Source: Ignavibacteriae bacterium HGW-Ignavibacteriae-1
Lineage (GTDB): Bacteria; Bacteroidota; Ignavibacteria; Kapaibacteriales; UBA2268
DNA length: 64,000 nucleotides
Reading direction: 5' to 3'
Assembly: GCA_002839825.1 (NCBI GenBank)
Contig: PGYU01000002.1
Location: 69,962 to 133,961, forward strand
Made by a program: the position numbers and the translations under genes. Shown here one piece after another: positions 18,501 through 26,770 of this stretch. The notes under the pieces were generated by a model, which saw only the letters and a program-made list of their open reading frames with translations, had not been told where the DNA came from and ran no database searches. Position 1 is the first letter of the stretch, and each line of letters opens with the position of its first letter.

Positions 18501-18980
18501 GCTAATGCTTTGAATCGTGCTTCGGCAATAGTCTTTTCGCCATCCTCGCCGTCCGAAATCATTTCGGATATTCCGCTTTCAACTTCACGAAATTATATTA
18601 ATGCTCGCGGAATTGACGTTGACCCACACGATTATTCGCTATGGGTATGCGATTTCAGCGGAAATATCTACAATATCGCAAATGATATTTTATTGACATC
18701 TGTTTCGGATAATTTTGAAAAAGATGAATTATATATTGTACCAAACCCGGCAAATGAACATTTTTCGCTGTCGTATTTGCCGAAACAAAGTGGAAATTAT
18801 TCTTTCGAATTGATTGATTTGACAGGTGTTATTCAAATAAATCAAAGTAAATATTTGCAAGGAAATGAAGCCACAGAAATATTATTCCGAATATCTAAAT
18901 TGAGCAAGGGCTTATATTTCGTCCGAATCAGCAGAGACGGATTGCCAATCAGGCTGGAAAAAGTAATTGTTATAAAGTAA
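15567..18980 (+). CDS. Large secreted BNR/sortilin-like multi-propeller protein with NHL-like region and T9SS C-terminal sorting domain
   Basis: Signal peptide MIFKKTLLFLLTFCFAIPIYG. At least 9 BNR motifs (SSNGGKNWD, STDMGKNWN, TTDRGNEWI, TANGGDSWS, SFDAGVSWK, SSDSGKDWE, TTDLGTSWF, SYDGGAVWF ...). NHL-like repeats (YPIGLAYSDGDLYVAE). CTD LYIVPNPANEHFSL...GLYFVRI. I prefer the ATG at 15567 to the TTG at 15552. Confidence 0.8.
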   Translation: MIFKKTLLFLLTFCFAIPIYGIELPHPKPLMRKLEFAKERESEGGELRERRIEAIKQSEKMRHELYGKSPELMAAQPEWKCIGPFTISGRIRSIVAHPTNPGQIYIGAAAGGVWKTHDNGVHWTPLFDFENSIAFGSLALDPFDPEIIYAATGEMIIGGGIPYLGSGVYRSSNGGKNWDLIGLPDVGAFSKIYVHPSDPNIIVAGGAESNGGLYLSTDMGKNWNRKITGNITDISLNPTNKNEMFIAINGDGIYHTGNMGENWTKKSSGITNIGGRISVQASASNFSIAYALVERSNSRAAIFKTTDRGNEWIMVHDGDHSFFRGQGFYNNYLAVHPTNPNIVLAGGINLWRTANGGDSWSSVSENTQNERMHVDNHHAAFSPINPNIVYNATDGGIYMSFDAGVSWKDINSNLAITQFYAISTDLTQPYRNYGGTQDNGTVGNRNDEWNKFVSGDGFDSFLHPDEANILFGELYYGQIFKYKFNTSGQNDLTFLYENIPAQDSGIWHAPFLLDKKFRRIFVGMHAIYVSYDFGDTFFPISQRSTHQHTAIAYSELDAKILLTGNRIGQIFRSSDSGKDWEQVNASPMPRRTVTEIKFSKKDRETAYATFSGYGKPHLFKTTDLGTSWFDIGSNLPDVPVNDIEFHPNNENILFVATDIGVYASYDGGAVWFPYGHSLSRSPVVDLLIHDNTAIFPQMKLRAGTHGRSIWEADIVEMPQLATEITSPAGGENLIGTTDFRISWSGFRSPIDILVRFGEDQEWTVLASGVPGNSFVWTVPDLDALTARISIRSSIDDASRISNSFSIKKLEKGALLRTGNVSIASYGIVHDGENSLWATDFAGNQVHKINLADFTITKSLTLPYSEFYTDITINESKDVLYLHRLNESSGNGGKIITIDTNGNFIREFATPATSYPIGLAYSDGDLYVAERDVNRRIFRIDAQTAAVKNSFKNPFDVTFGPRGLTFYEGNLYQVSTLFIANALNRASAIVFSPSSPSEIISDIPLSTSRNYINARGIDVDPHDYSLWVCDFSGNIYNIANDILLTSVSDNFEKDELYIVPNPANEHFSLSYLPKQSGNYSFELIDLTGVIQINQSKYLQGNEATEILFRISKLSKGLYFVRISRDGLPIRLEKVIVIK

Positions 18981-19878
18981 ATTTGAGTCCGAAAGCTGCC
19001 GAAAATGAGCGTGTCAGACCGTCTGCGGCATGGTCTCTTGCCAATAAGGGCAATGAGACGTCAAGATGCAAAGCTGCATAATCGGTCAAATTGTTCTTCA
19101 AGCCTGCTCTGAGATTGACTGTCGTAAGATTTTGCTCGGTGATTTCATATTTTTCGCGTTCGACATTATAACGTAGAACGTTGTTGTTTTCATTGCGATG
19201 GATTAATTGAAGTCCGCCGTAAATGGATGTTTTGTCGAAATTTATAAATTTATCAACTGAAAACATATAGTCCGCTCCTCTCCTCATTCCGGATGATTGG
19301 TTGTAGCGTAAAGCTTTTTCCTCGTTTGCCCAATCTTCGTGTAGAAATTTATTAGTAGTTTTGTCTTCTGTGTATTGGAAACCCACTCCGAAAACCCAAG
19401 TGCTGAGTCTCAAGCTGGCGCCTAACAATAGATCACTAGTTCCTAAGCCCGGTTGATAAACCATCGGCAACGAACGCCCTGCCTTTTTGCCGTTAGCTTC
19501 GCCTGATGGAAATTTGACTCCGGCAATAAACTTAATTGCGGCATCCTCGCCCAGCGAACCTGTAAATCCACCTGCGATTTTGATGTCGCCTAAGCCGGAC
19601 AAACTCCCGAGATTGCCGTTAGTATAAACATAAGGGAGAATCACCGAGACATCTATATTTTCAGACCTATAATCGAAGCTAAGCAGCGTGTTGAATATTG
19701 CGGTCTTTTCGTCGCCCACACCAAAATATTGCGATAGCCCGGCTATGTATTTTTTATCTGCGGGCTGTATGTCCTTATCGTTCAACATACTACAAACTCC
19801 GGCATCACTGCAACCTTGCGATATGAGATGCGCCGGAGCGAGTAAAATAAATATGACTACAATTAGAATTTTTGACAT
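18970..19878 (-). CDS. Predicted outer-membrane beta-barrel protein, uncharacterised family (N-terminal GCSDAGVCS motif)
   Basis: 302 aa. A signal peptide ends ...AHLISQ/GCSDAGVCS. Alternating-hydrophobicity strands run throughout, and the C-terminal strand is AAFGLKFTL. The start abuts the stop of the upstream gene (TAAATG). Confidence 0.6.
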   Translation of the reverse strand: MSKILIVVIFILLAPAHLISQGCSDAGVCSMLNDKDIQPADKKYIAGLSQYFGVGDEKTAIFNTLLSFDYRSENIDVSVILPYVYTNGNLGSLSGLGDIKIAGGFTGSLGEDAAIKFIAGVKFPSGEANGKKAGRSLPMVYQPGLGTSDLLLGASLRLSTWVFGVGFQYTEDKTTNKFLHEDWANEEKALRYNQSSGMRRGADYMFSVDKFINFDKTSIYGGLQLIHRNENNNVLRYNVEREKYEITEQNLTTVNLRAGLKNNLTDYAALHLDVSLPLLARDHAADGLTRSFSAAFGLKFTL

Positions 19879-22035
19879 TTATCTAATTACGTTGATTTTC
19901 TCGATATATACTTTGCCGCTTTTGATGATTTTCACAAAGTAAATCCCTTGCGGTAGTACCTGATTAGATTTATTTTTGATATCCCAAGAAATAGAATGAG
20001 TGCCGGAGCTCAACCTTTTGTCAAGTAAAGTGATTAACGATGTACCGTACAAATCGGTAACTTCGATTTTCACATCGCATAGTTTTTGAGTTGAGAATTG
20101 GATGTTCAACAATTCGCTTACGGGATTTGGGTATATTTTCAAGTCCACATTGTCGGCTAATTCATCTTCAACGGATGTGCTGACAAGCGTCACAGAAGTA
20201 ACATTGTGCAAACTTAACGCCCAAAATGAGCCGCTGTTGTTGTTGATAATACTTGATGCACGCACCGAGTAATAAACTTTGCCATTGTAATCGAAATCAT
20301 CGGTATAAGTCAACTCGCTCACGGGCGTCGAGTTTATTTTTTCATATAAGCCGTATTCGGAAGTGGAACGGTAAATTTCGTATCTGTTATTGCCGCTCTT
20401 ATTTGGAGCATCCCAAGTGATTACCTGTTTTTCATTTTCATCCACAACTACGGAAAGACTTTGTACTTTAGGTACTTCATTCGAATACATCGTCAAAGTT
20501 GGGTCGCCCATAAGTGCCGTATGAATTTGTTTCATTCCGATTGCATAAATCACACCATTTGGATATTGACTAGTCCATACCATATTTGGTCTATATAACA
20601 ATTTATTGTTGTGCGAAAGTCTAGCCGAATATCCAATTGAATGATTAGTCCCCATGTGGTGATAGAACCAATGTGGTCTGCCGGACCATGAGCAAGTCAA
20701 AGCTGAAGGATTGGAAGCAAGTGGTGCTCGAAGAATGTTGTTTTTGTTGTCCCAATCTCCAAAATAGGAGCCGAAAAGCATAGTATAAACAGAATTCACC
20801 GGAGTTTTCGAAAATTGCTCAGTAGTTCCTATCCCTCCAGCCTCGTAATATTTGCCGCCCCCACAACCATAAGCCCAAAGTGCCGAGCTTGTAGATAGTG
20901 TTGTAAACCAATCCGCTTCACGGACATTTTCGTTACCCATAAGAGATGCAATATTTCGCCAACCGCTTGATGAAAAAGATGTTTCAATATAAGGATTAGC
21001 TCCGAAATTATCGTCAATTATGCCTTTTTTTTCCAAAAGCTGTTGACCTGTTCTATATAAATGATTTTTGTTCAGATAATTTCTCAAAAGTTCAGTTTCA
21101 TTTGTAATTCCGGTCTCTTCGTTGTGAAATAGAGGCATATCAAATAAGTCAACTCTGCCAACAGCCAATTCCGCAGGAATTGCCAATTCTGTAATATCAA
21201 ATTTGCCGTCACCGGGAACATTTTTATTTGCTTCTCGCTGTCCGGATACTACTATGTTCACTGATTCATCCGTAAACCATTTATGTCCGGTAAGGTATCC
21301 GTAGTACGAATCTGCGGGCCAAGCTCCGCGATGGTCTCCGTGGGCATCAGGGGCTAAATCCCCCGAATATGGAACAGCAATTCTGCCTAAAAGATAAATA
21401 GTGTTAATAGCAGGATTTGCTGTATAAGCAGCAAGAATTTGATTTTTAGTAGATACCACTGCATCACCATCGAATGCTTCTGTCCGAGCTACGCTAATCA
21501 TATCCACGCCCCAGCCTTCACCACGCAAATCATCTTTAAGTCTTTGGATTTCACTTTCTAATGGCGCCACCATAGTTTCGTCAACTACAAGCAATACTGT
21601 TCCATGGTCATGCTTCGCAGCAATGTTGACTCCGGCACAAACATAACCGAAGCCCATCATCTGACCTGAAGAATAGTCATTTTCTGAGCCAACTGAAACG
21701 ATGAAGAGCATTGCAATTTGGTATTCATATTCCACTCCTACTTGGATGCTTTTATCTGTAAATTCAGTTACATTGCTATCAAGCGTAGCGATTGGGTTTG
21801 CACTCCAAAAATTATCTTTCACTAATTTTTTATAGACAAAATAGCCCTTCGCCAATTCGTTTTGTTTCCATTTCAAAGTGATTGAAGGCGCCTGTTCATC
21901 TATTTCAACATTAATCAAAACGGCAAAGTCGCTCGAACGTAAAAATCGTGGGTCAGGTTGTGCGTATGCAAAGGCGGATGCTAATAAAAACGCTATAACT
22001 ACGAGAAGTAAAACTCTTTTCATGTCTTTTTCCAA
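19879..22035 (-). CDS. Secreted T9SS cargo: FN3 / gingipain(C25)-like core / FN3 / T9SS CTD (paralogue 1)
   Basis: 718 aa with a signal peptide. Shares blocks GRIAVPYSG, DAHGDHRGAWPADSYYG, DGKFD..AVGRVD, AYGCGGG, FGSYFGDWD, LTCSWSGRPHWFYHH and MGDPTL with the upstream gene. CTD: LKIYPNPVSELLNIQF...GIYFVKI. Confidence 0.65.
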   Translation of the reverse strand: MEKDMKRVLLLVVIAFLLASAFAYAQPDPRFLRSSDFAVLINVEIDEQAPSITLKWKQNELAKGYFVYKKLVKDNFWSANPIATLDSNVTEFTDKSIQVGVEYEYQIAMLFIVSVGSENDYSSGQMMGFGYVCAGVNIAAKHDHGTVLLVVDETMVAPLESEIQRLKDDLRGEGWGVDMISVARTEAFDGDAVVSTKNQILAAYTANPAINTIYLLGRIAVPYSGDLAPDAHGDHRGAWPADSYYGYLTGHKWFTDESVNIVVSGQREANKNVPGDGKFDITELAIPAELAVGRVDLFDMPLFHNEETGITNETELLRNYLNKNHLYRTGQQLLEKKGIIDDNFGANPYIETSFSSSGWRNIASLMGNENVREADWFTTLSTSSALWAYGCGGGKYYEAGGIGTTEQFSKTPVNSVYTMLFGSYFGDWDNKNNILRAPLASNPSALTCSWSGRPHWFYHHMGTNHSIGYSARLSHNNKLLYRPNMVWTSQYPNGVIYAIGMKQIHTALMGDPTLTMYSNEVPKVQSLSVVVDENEKQVITWDAPNKSGNNRYEIYRSTSEYGLYEKINSTPVSELTYTDDFDYNGKVYYSVRASSIINNNSGSFWALSLHNVTSVTLVSTSVEDELADNVDLKIYPNPVSELLNIQFSTQKLCDVKIEVTDLYGTSLITLLDKRLSSGTHSISWDIKNKSNQVLPQGIYFVKIIKSGKVYIEKINVIR

Positions 22036-22091
22036 AAATGTATTTCAAACAATGCTTAAATTAAGTAAAAATCCTTGAATCTGAAAATGAA

Positions 22092-24098
22092 TTAATCAAT
22101 TACCATGAATTTTATATGTCGGACAACGCCATTGAGGTTAATTTCGATGTAATATACGCCTGAAGATAATGAATTTCCTTCCGCATCTGCCAATATGATA
22201 TTTTCCTCGGTAACGAATTCCGAAATATTTATTGATAGTTTATTCAATAATTTTCCGGATAAATTAAACAATTTTATTTCAGCTACTCCACTCAAATCCG
22301 TTACTATGACTAAATTTGTATTGCCTGATGCCGGATTGGGATATAGCAATGAGTTTAATTCTTTGTCGCGAGTCAAATCAATTCGCACAGTGCCTTCTTC
22401 AGAAAATATTCCTTGGCTGAGATTGAGATATGTACCCGAATGAAGGCGTTCCTCTTTGATTGCCCTTACCATGTAATAATTCAAAAAATACCTGGGAGAA
22501 AAATCGGTAAATGAATTCGTGGTGACAAGCTCTTCCGAAATTCGCCGGTATTGCCCGTCTTTTTCATCGGATGAATAAACATAATAGCCGATAATATTGC
22601 TGTCGGCGCTTTCATCCCACGACAAATGAATTTGCGAGTCGCTTGTAATTGTCAAATTTGACGGCGATTGGACAAAACTTGTTTTCAAAGTTGGGTCGCC
22701 GAGTAGAGCTAAATGATTCATACGCCGCGCGTACGGGCTTGATGCACGATAATTATTTGGAAGTGAATTTTGCGACAGCAATGTAGAATAAGCAATTGAT
22801 TCGCCAAAAGCTGTGTGGTGGAAGAACCAATGCGGGCGCCCTGACCAGACGCAAGTCAAACCTCCGGGCTCCGCTGCCAAAGCTGATCGCATTAGATTAT
22901 TTTCCGAATCCCAATCCCCAAAATATGAACCGAATAACTGTGTGAATGCTGCTCGCATCGGCTTAGCCGCAAATTCTACAGCATATGCGACCCTTTCAGC
23001 ACGTACATAAGAACCGGGACCGCAACCGTAACCCCAGATATAATCATTATCAGAAACCATATCGCGCAAATCCTCATCGTCAATCTCTCGCCAATCCGTC
23101 ATCGCCGAAAAACTCATCCAAGCTGATGCTGCAAAACCCTCTCTTAAATTGGGTCCGAAAGCATCTGATATAATCATTTTGTTCGGGTATCGGTCAATTC
23201 CGTTCCTGAACCTGTGGTTTTTGTCTAAATATTGCTCTAATAATTCGAGTTCATTCTTTTCAAAAAAGGGCAAATTAATCATATCCACTCTGCCGACTGC
23301 AATTTCAATATCAGATGGAATGATAATTTGGTCAAATTTCCCGTCTTTCGGACGATTTCGAATTCTTTCGTCATCGGCTTTCAAATTGCTCAATGTGTCG
23401 GTCCAAATGCCGTCAACATCGCCATAAAAAATATCCGAAGACCACGCACCGTCATGGTCGGGCGTATGCCCATCAACGGCGAAACTTCCGGAATAAGGCA
23501 CAGCAATTCTACCAAATAGCAGTACAGCGGAGATATTTTCCTTGTTGTAATATTCGATTATTTTTCCTTTTGTTTGCATCACTTTGGCACTGTCAAAAGT
23601 CTCTGCTCGCGGAGCTCTATCTCGGAAAACCCGCCACCCGTCAGCAAGCATATCATTGGCAAGTCTTTCAATTTTATCATTCAATACCAAATCTATACTT
23701 TCATCTACCAAAATCAACACATTGCCGCGATGCTCAATAACCGGGACATCAATTCCGATATTCATGTAACCATAAGCAAAATAATCAATCATGTCCTTTT
23801 CAATCAAAAATTCATACCAGCGTCCGCGTTCAAAATTGGTGAAAACATACTGCGAATCGAATCGGCTTAATGTTTTAATTGGTTCGCCAAATAGCGAATC
23901 TTCCTTGAATTTCATATAAACAGTATAGCTGTATGCGTTGGTGTCGGTATCCCAATTGAAGATTGCATCTAATCTTCCGGATGTGGAGTCAATCACAGGA
24001 GTTAGCAATAATGCATACCCACTGCTTGTTTCAGGGATTTTACCATCGCTGACTCGAACAGTGAGTATGAATATTAACAATATTAAAAAGTATTTCAT
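22092..24098 (-). CDS. Secreted T9SS cargo: FN3 / gingipain(C25)-like core / FN3 / T9SS CTD (paralogue 2)
   Basis: 668 aa with the same block order (GRIAVPYSG, DGHTPDHDGAWSSDIFYG, DGKFD..AVGRVD, GYGCGPG, FGSYFGDWD, LTCVWSGRPHWFFHH, LGDPTL). CTD: LLYPNPASGNTNLVI...GVYYIEI. Confidence 0.65.
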   Translation of the reverse strand: MKYFLILLIFILTVRVSDGKIPETSSGYALLLTPVIDSTSGRLDAIFNWDTDTNAYSYTVYMKFKEDSLFGEPIKTLSRFDSQYVFTNFERGRWYEFLIEKDMIDYFAYGYMNIGIDVPVIEHRGNVLILVDESIDLVLNDKIERLANDMLADGWRVFRDRAPRAETFDSAKVMQTKGKIIEYYNKENISAVLLFGRIAVPYSGSFAVDGHTPDHDGAWSSDIFYGDVDGIWTDTLSNLKADDERIRNRPKDGKFDQIIIPSDIEIAVGRVDMINLPFFEKNELELLEQYLDKNHRFRNGIDRYPNKMIISDAFGPNLREGFAASAWMSFSAMTDWREIDDEDLRDMVSDNDYIWGYGCGPGSYVRAERVAYAVEFAAKPMRAAFTQLFGSYFGDWDSENNLMRSALAAEPGGLTCVWSGRPHWFFHHTAFGESIAYSTLLSQNSLPNNYRASSPYARRMNHLALLGDPTLKTSFVQSPSNLTITSDSQIHLSWDESADSNIIGYYVYSSDEKDGQYRRISEELVTTNSFTDFSPRYFLNYYMVRAIKEERLHSGTYLNLSQGIFSEEGTVRIDLTRDKELNSLLYPNPASGNTNLVIVTDLSGVAEIKLFNLSGKLLNKLSINISEFVTEENIILADAEGNSLSSGVYYIEINLNGVVRHIKFMVID

Positions 24099-24216
24099 TT
24101 TTATTGCCCCAAATATCTAATAAACACATACGACTTGATAAAGTTCCATGTGACAAGCAAAATTTTAGAGAAAAAATGATTATTTTGCATGTTTGTTTCA
24201 AATACTATTTACAAAT

Positions 24217-24996
24217 ATGTTAAATTTTCCGGCATTTATAGGACGCAAAGTGATAAATTTCACTGCCGAAATCGGTAGAATCATTATTCTGCTGATGTCG
24301 GTATTGAGATATTTCCCCCGAGCAATCAAAGACCGGAAATTAGTGCTCGACCAAATGGCTATAGTCGGTTCGGATTCATTGCCGCTCGTTATTTTGATTG
24401 GTTCATTTACAGGCGCGATTGCAGCGCTTCAGGCAACAAATTTGTTCGACAAATTCAACTTGGTCAATATCGCAAAGCCTTTCATCGGCTCATCAATTGC
24501 AACTGTCGTTTTTACCGAGCTTACGCCTGTACTTACAGCATTGGTAATTGCCGGACGAGTTGGTGCTTCGATGGCAGCACAACTCGGCACAATGAACGTA
24601 ACCGAGCAAATTGATGCACTCGAGATGATGGGCATTGATAAAAACCGTTACCTTGCGATGCCGCGTGCAATCGCTACTTTGTTTATGATGCCTGTGCTTG
24701 CTGTATTTTCAAATGTTGTGGCTTTGGTCGGTGGATTTTTACTTACTTATATCAAATTTGAATTCGAAGCGGCAACATTTTTTGATTCGGTGCAAAGATT
24801 TTTTCAAGCAAGTGAAGTACTCATGGGCTTGACCAAATCCTTCGTTTTCGGAGGTGTAACGGCGTTGATTGGTGTACACGTCGGATTTGCAACTACAGGC
24901 GGAGCCGAAGGAGTTGGCAACAGTACAGTAAGGGCATTCACTTTGTCCGCCGCCGCAATTTTGATAATAGATGCATTATTTGGTTATATGTGGTAG
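24217..24996 (+). CDS. mlaE: MlaE-family ABC transporter permease
   Basis: Contains MAIVGSDSLPLVILIGSFTGAIAALQ, VLTALVIAGRVGASMAAQLGTMNVTEQIDALEMMGID. I chose the ATG at 24217; a TTG at 24193 is also open. Confidence 0.85.
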   Translation: MLNFPAFIGRKVINFTAEIGRIIILLMSVLRYFPRAIKDRKLVLDQMAIVGSDSLPLVILIGSFTGAIAALQATNLFDKFNLVNIAKPFIGSSIATVVFTELTPVLTALVIAGRVGASMAAQLGTMNVTEQIDALEMMGIDKNRYLAMPRAIATLFMMPVLAVFSNVVALVGGFLLTYIKFEFEAATFFDSVQRFFQASEVLMGLTKSFVFGGVTALIGVHVGFATTGGAEGVGNSTVRAFTLSAAAILIIDALFGYMW

Positions 24997-25015
24997 ATAA
25001 ATTGAGTATAATCTT

Positions 25016-26065
25016 ATGAATAAAATATACACTTTATTGATTTTTGTCGCATTGTTTTTTATGTTTTCATGCAGCAAAGAAGAGGCAGTGTCGCCCGAGC
25101 AGAAGATTATAATAGCTGCAATATTGGATACCACCGGACATTACAGCCAATTCGGCAAGGAAGTAATTCGCGGGATGGAACTTTTCACAGGAAAGTATGC
25201 TACGTCGTACGAATTGAGGTTTTTTGACAGCAAAGGTGATGCCGATGTGGCTCTTGCAGAATTTATCAAGATTGCCCCAAACACTTATACTCGTGGTGTA
25301 GTTACGCTTGCAAGTTGGATTTCTAATGCAATAGCCGAGCCCTCAAAAAACAATCAACTTGTCCAATTCGCTGTTGGCAGCGCGGTTTATAATTATGTAA
25401 ATTTGAAAAATTGTGTCCGTTTCACGTCCGATGTTAACGACGAAATCAAGTATCTTTCTAATTATCTTAATGATTATAATCGAATCGTAATAATGCACTT
25501 CGATAATGATTATGGAGTAACTTGGAACAGTAATTTGAAAAGTAACTTGGGTGGTAAAATCATTGGTTCATTTTCATACGCCGATACGATGACACAATTT
25601 AATGCGATTTTGGAAGAAGTGAAAGCACTAAATCCGAATAGACTTGTGCTGATAAGTACACGCGAAGCGGTCCAAATTGTCCAACAAGCCAAAGCAATAG
25701 GGTTGAACGTACAAATGGTTGGCACGCGACCTATTCTGACTGAGCAATTACTCGCCACATCAGAAGCGAATGGATTGATTTTCAGTTATCCCGATTTGGA
25801 TGAGCAATCTACGGCATATAAAGATTACCTTTCCAGATATGGCAAGAAACCATCATCTTTTGTTGCGGAAGGATATGATTTGTGTTTCAATCTCGAAAAT
25901 GCAATCAAAACAAAAGGCACGGTATCTGCAAATATTTGGGATTGGTTCGTCAACAACGACTATTACGGTATGTTAGGGCGAGTCAAATTCGATTCTCTCG
26001 CTCAAGCATCTTACGATTATAATTTGAATATCATCAAAGATGGTGATTATGTATTATTCCCATGA
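25016..26065 (+). CDS. Lipoprotein, periplasmic substrate-binding protein of the LivK/Peripla_BP_6 type
   Basis: Lipobox FMFSC. Contains IIIAAILDTTGHYSQFGKEVIRGMEL...FFDSKGDADVALAEF, the typical type-I binding-protein pattern. Confidence 0.65.
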   Translation: MNKIYTLLIFVALFFMFSCSKEEAVSPEQKIIIAAILDTTGHYSQFGKEVIRGMELFTGKYATSYELRFFDSKGDADVALAEFIKIAPNTYTRGVVTLASWISNAIAEPSKNNQLVQFAVGSAVYNYVNLKNCVRFTSDVNDEIKYLSNYLNDYNRIVIMHFDNDYGVTWNSNLKSNLGGKIIGSFSYADTMTQFNAILEEVKALNPNRLVLISTREAVQIVQQAKAIGLNVQMVGTRPILTEQLLATSEANGLIFSYPDLDEQSTAYKDYLSRYGKKPSSFVAEGYDLCFNLENAIKTKGTVSANIWDWFVNNDYYGMLGRVKFDSLAQASYDYNLNIIKDGDYVLFP

Positions 26066-26074
26066 TTTAACAAA

Positions 26075-26770
26075 ATGACTGAAATAAAATTCTCTAAATA
26101 CCCGTTCGGGTCAAAAATCCGACATCATGTTTCTACTAATAATTATTTGCCGATTGAAGAATTGAAATATATTCCGGAATCTTACCCGGAGGCATTGAAA
26201 ACAATTGATTGGACCACGCTTTTTGCAAACGGAGCTGCACCAAAATATTTGGATATAGGTTGCGGACGCGGAAAGTTTTTAATTTTGCGCTCTTTCGAAA
26301 TTGGCGATGACAATATTCTGGGAATCGAAATTCGCCCTGAGCCTGTCAATTGGATTAATGTTGTTGTAGAAGGAGAATCTATAAGCAATTGTAGTGCTTT
26401 GCATTATAGCGTTGCCAACAATATGCCTTTCATCGAGAGCAATTCCATTAGTGAAATATATTATCTCTTTCCGGACCCTTGGAGCAAAAGGAAGCATTAC
26501 AAAAAGCGTGCTTTTACTGCCAAATTTGTCAGCGAATGTCATAGAGTATTGGCTGATGACGGTAAGTTGTTCCTCGCAACTGATGTGCCCGAAGTGCATA
26601 CTTCTCAGATTAATTTGCTCCGCAAATTAGGACTATTCGATGTCCAAGTATTAGAATCACGCGATGAATGGCAATTACCTGTTACAAATAAAGAGAGATT
26701 TTGCATCAGGAAAAATATTGATGTTTACCGCACAATTTGCACGAAAGCTAAGCCATCCGTTGGCGGTTAA
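26075..26770 (+). CDS. trmB: tRNA (guanine46-N7)-methyltransferase
   Basis: Contains YLDIGCGRGKFL, LGIEIR and YLFPDPWSKRKHYKKR. Confidence 0.9.
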   Translation: MTEIKFSKYPFGSKIRHHVSTNNYLPIEELKYIPESYPEALKTIDWTTLFANGAAPKYLDIGCGRGKFLILRSFEIGDDNILGIEIRPEPVNWINVVVEGESISNCSALHYSVANNMPFIESNSISEIYYLFPDPWSKRKHYKKRAFTAKFVSECHRVLADDGKLFLATDVPEVHTSQINLLRKLGLFDVQVLESRDEWQLPVTNKERFCIRKNIDVYRTICTKAKPSVGG

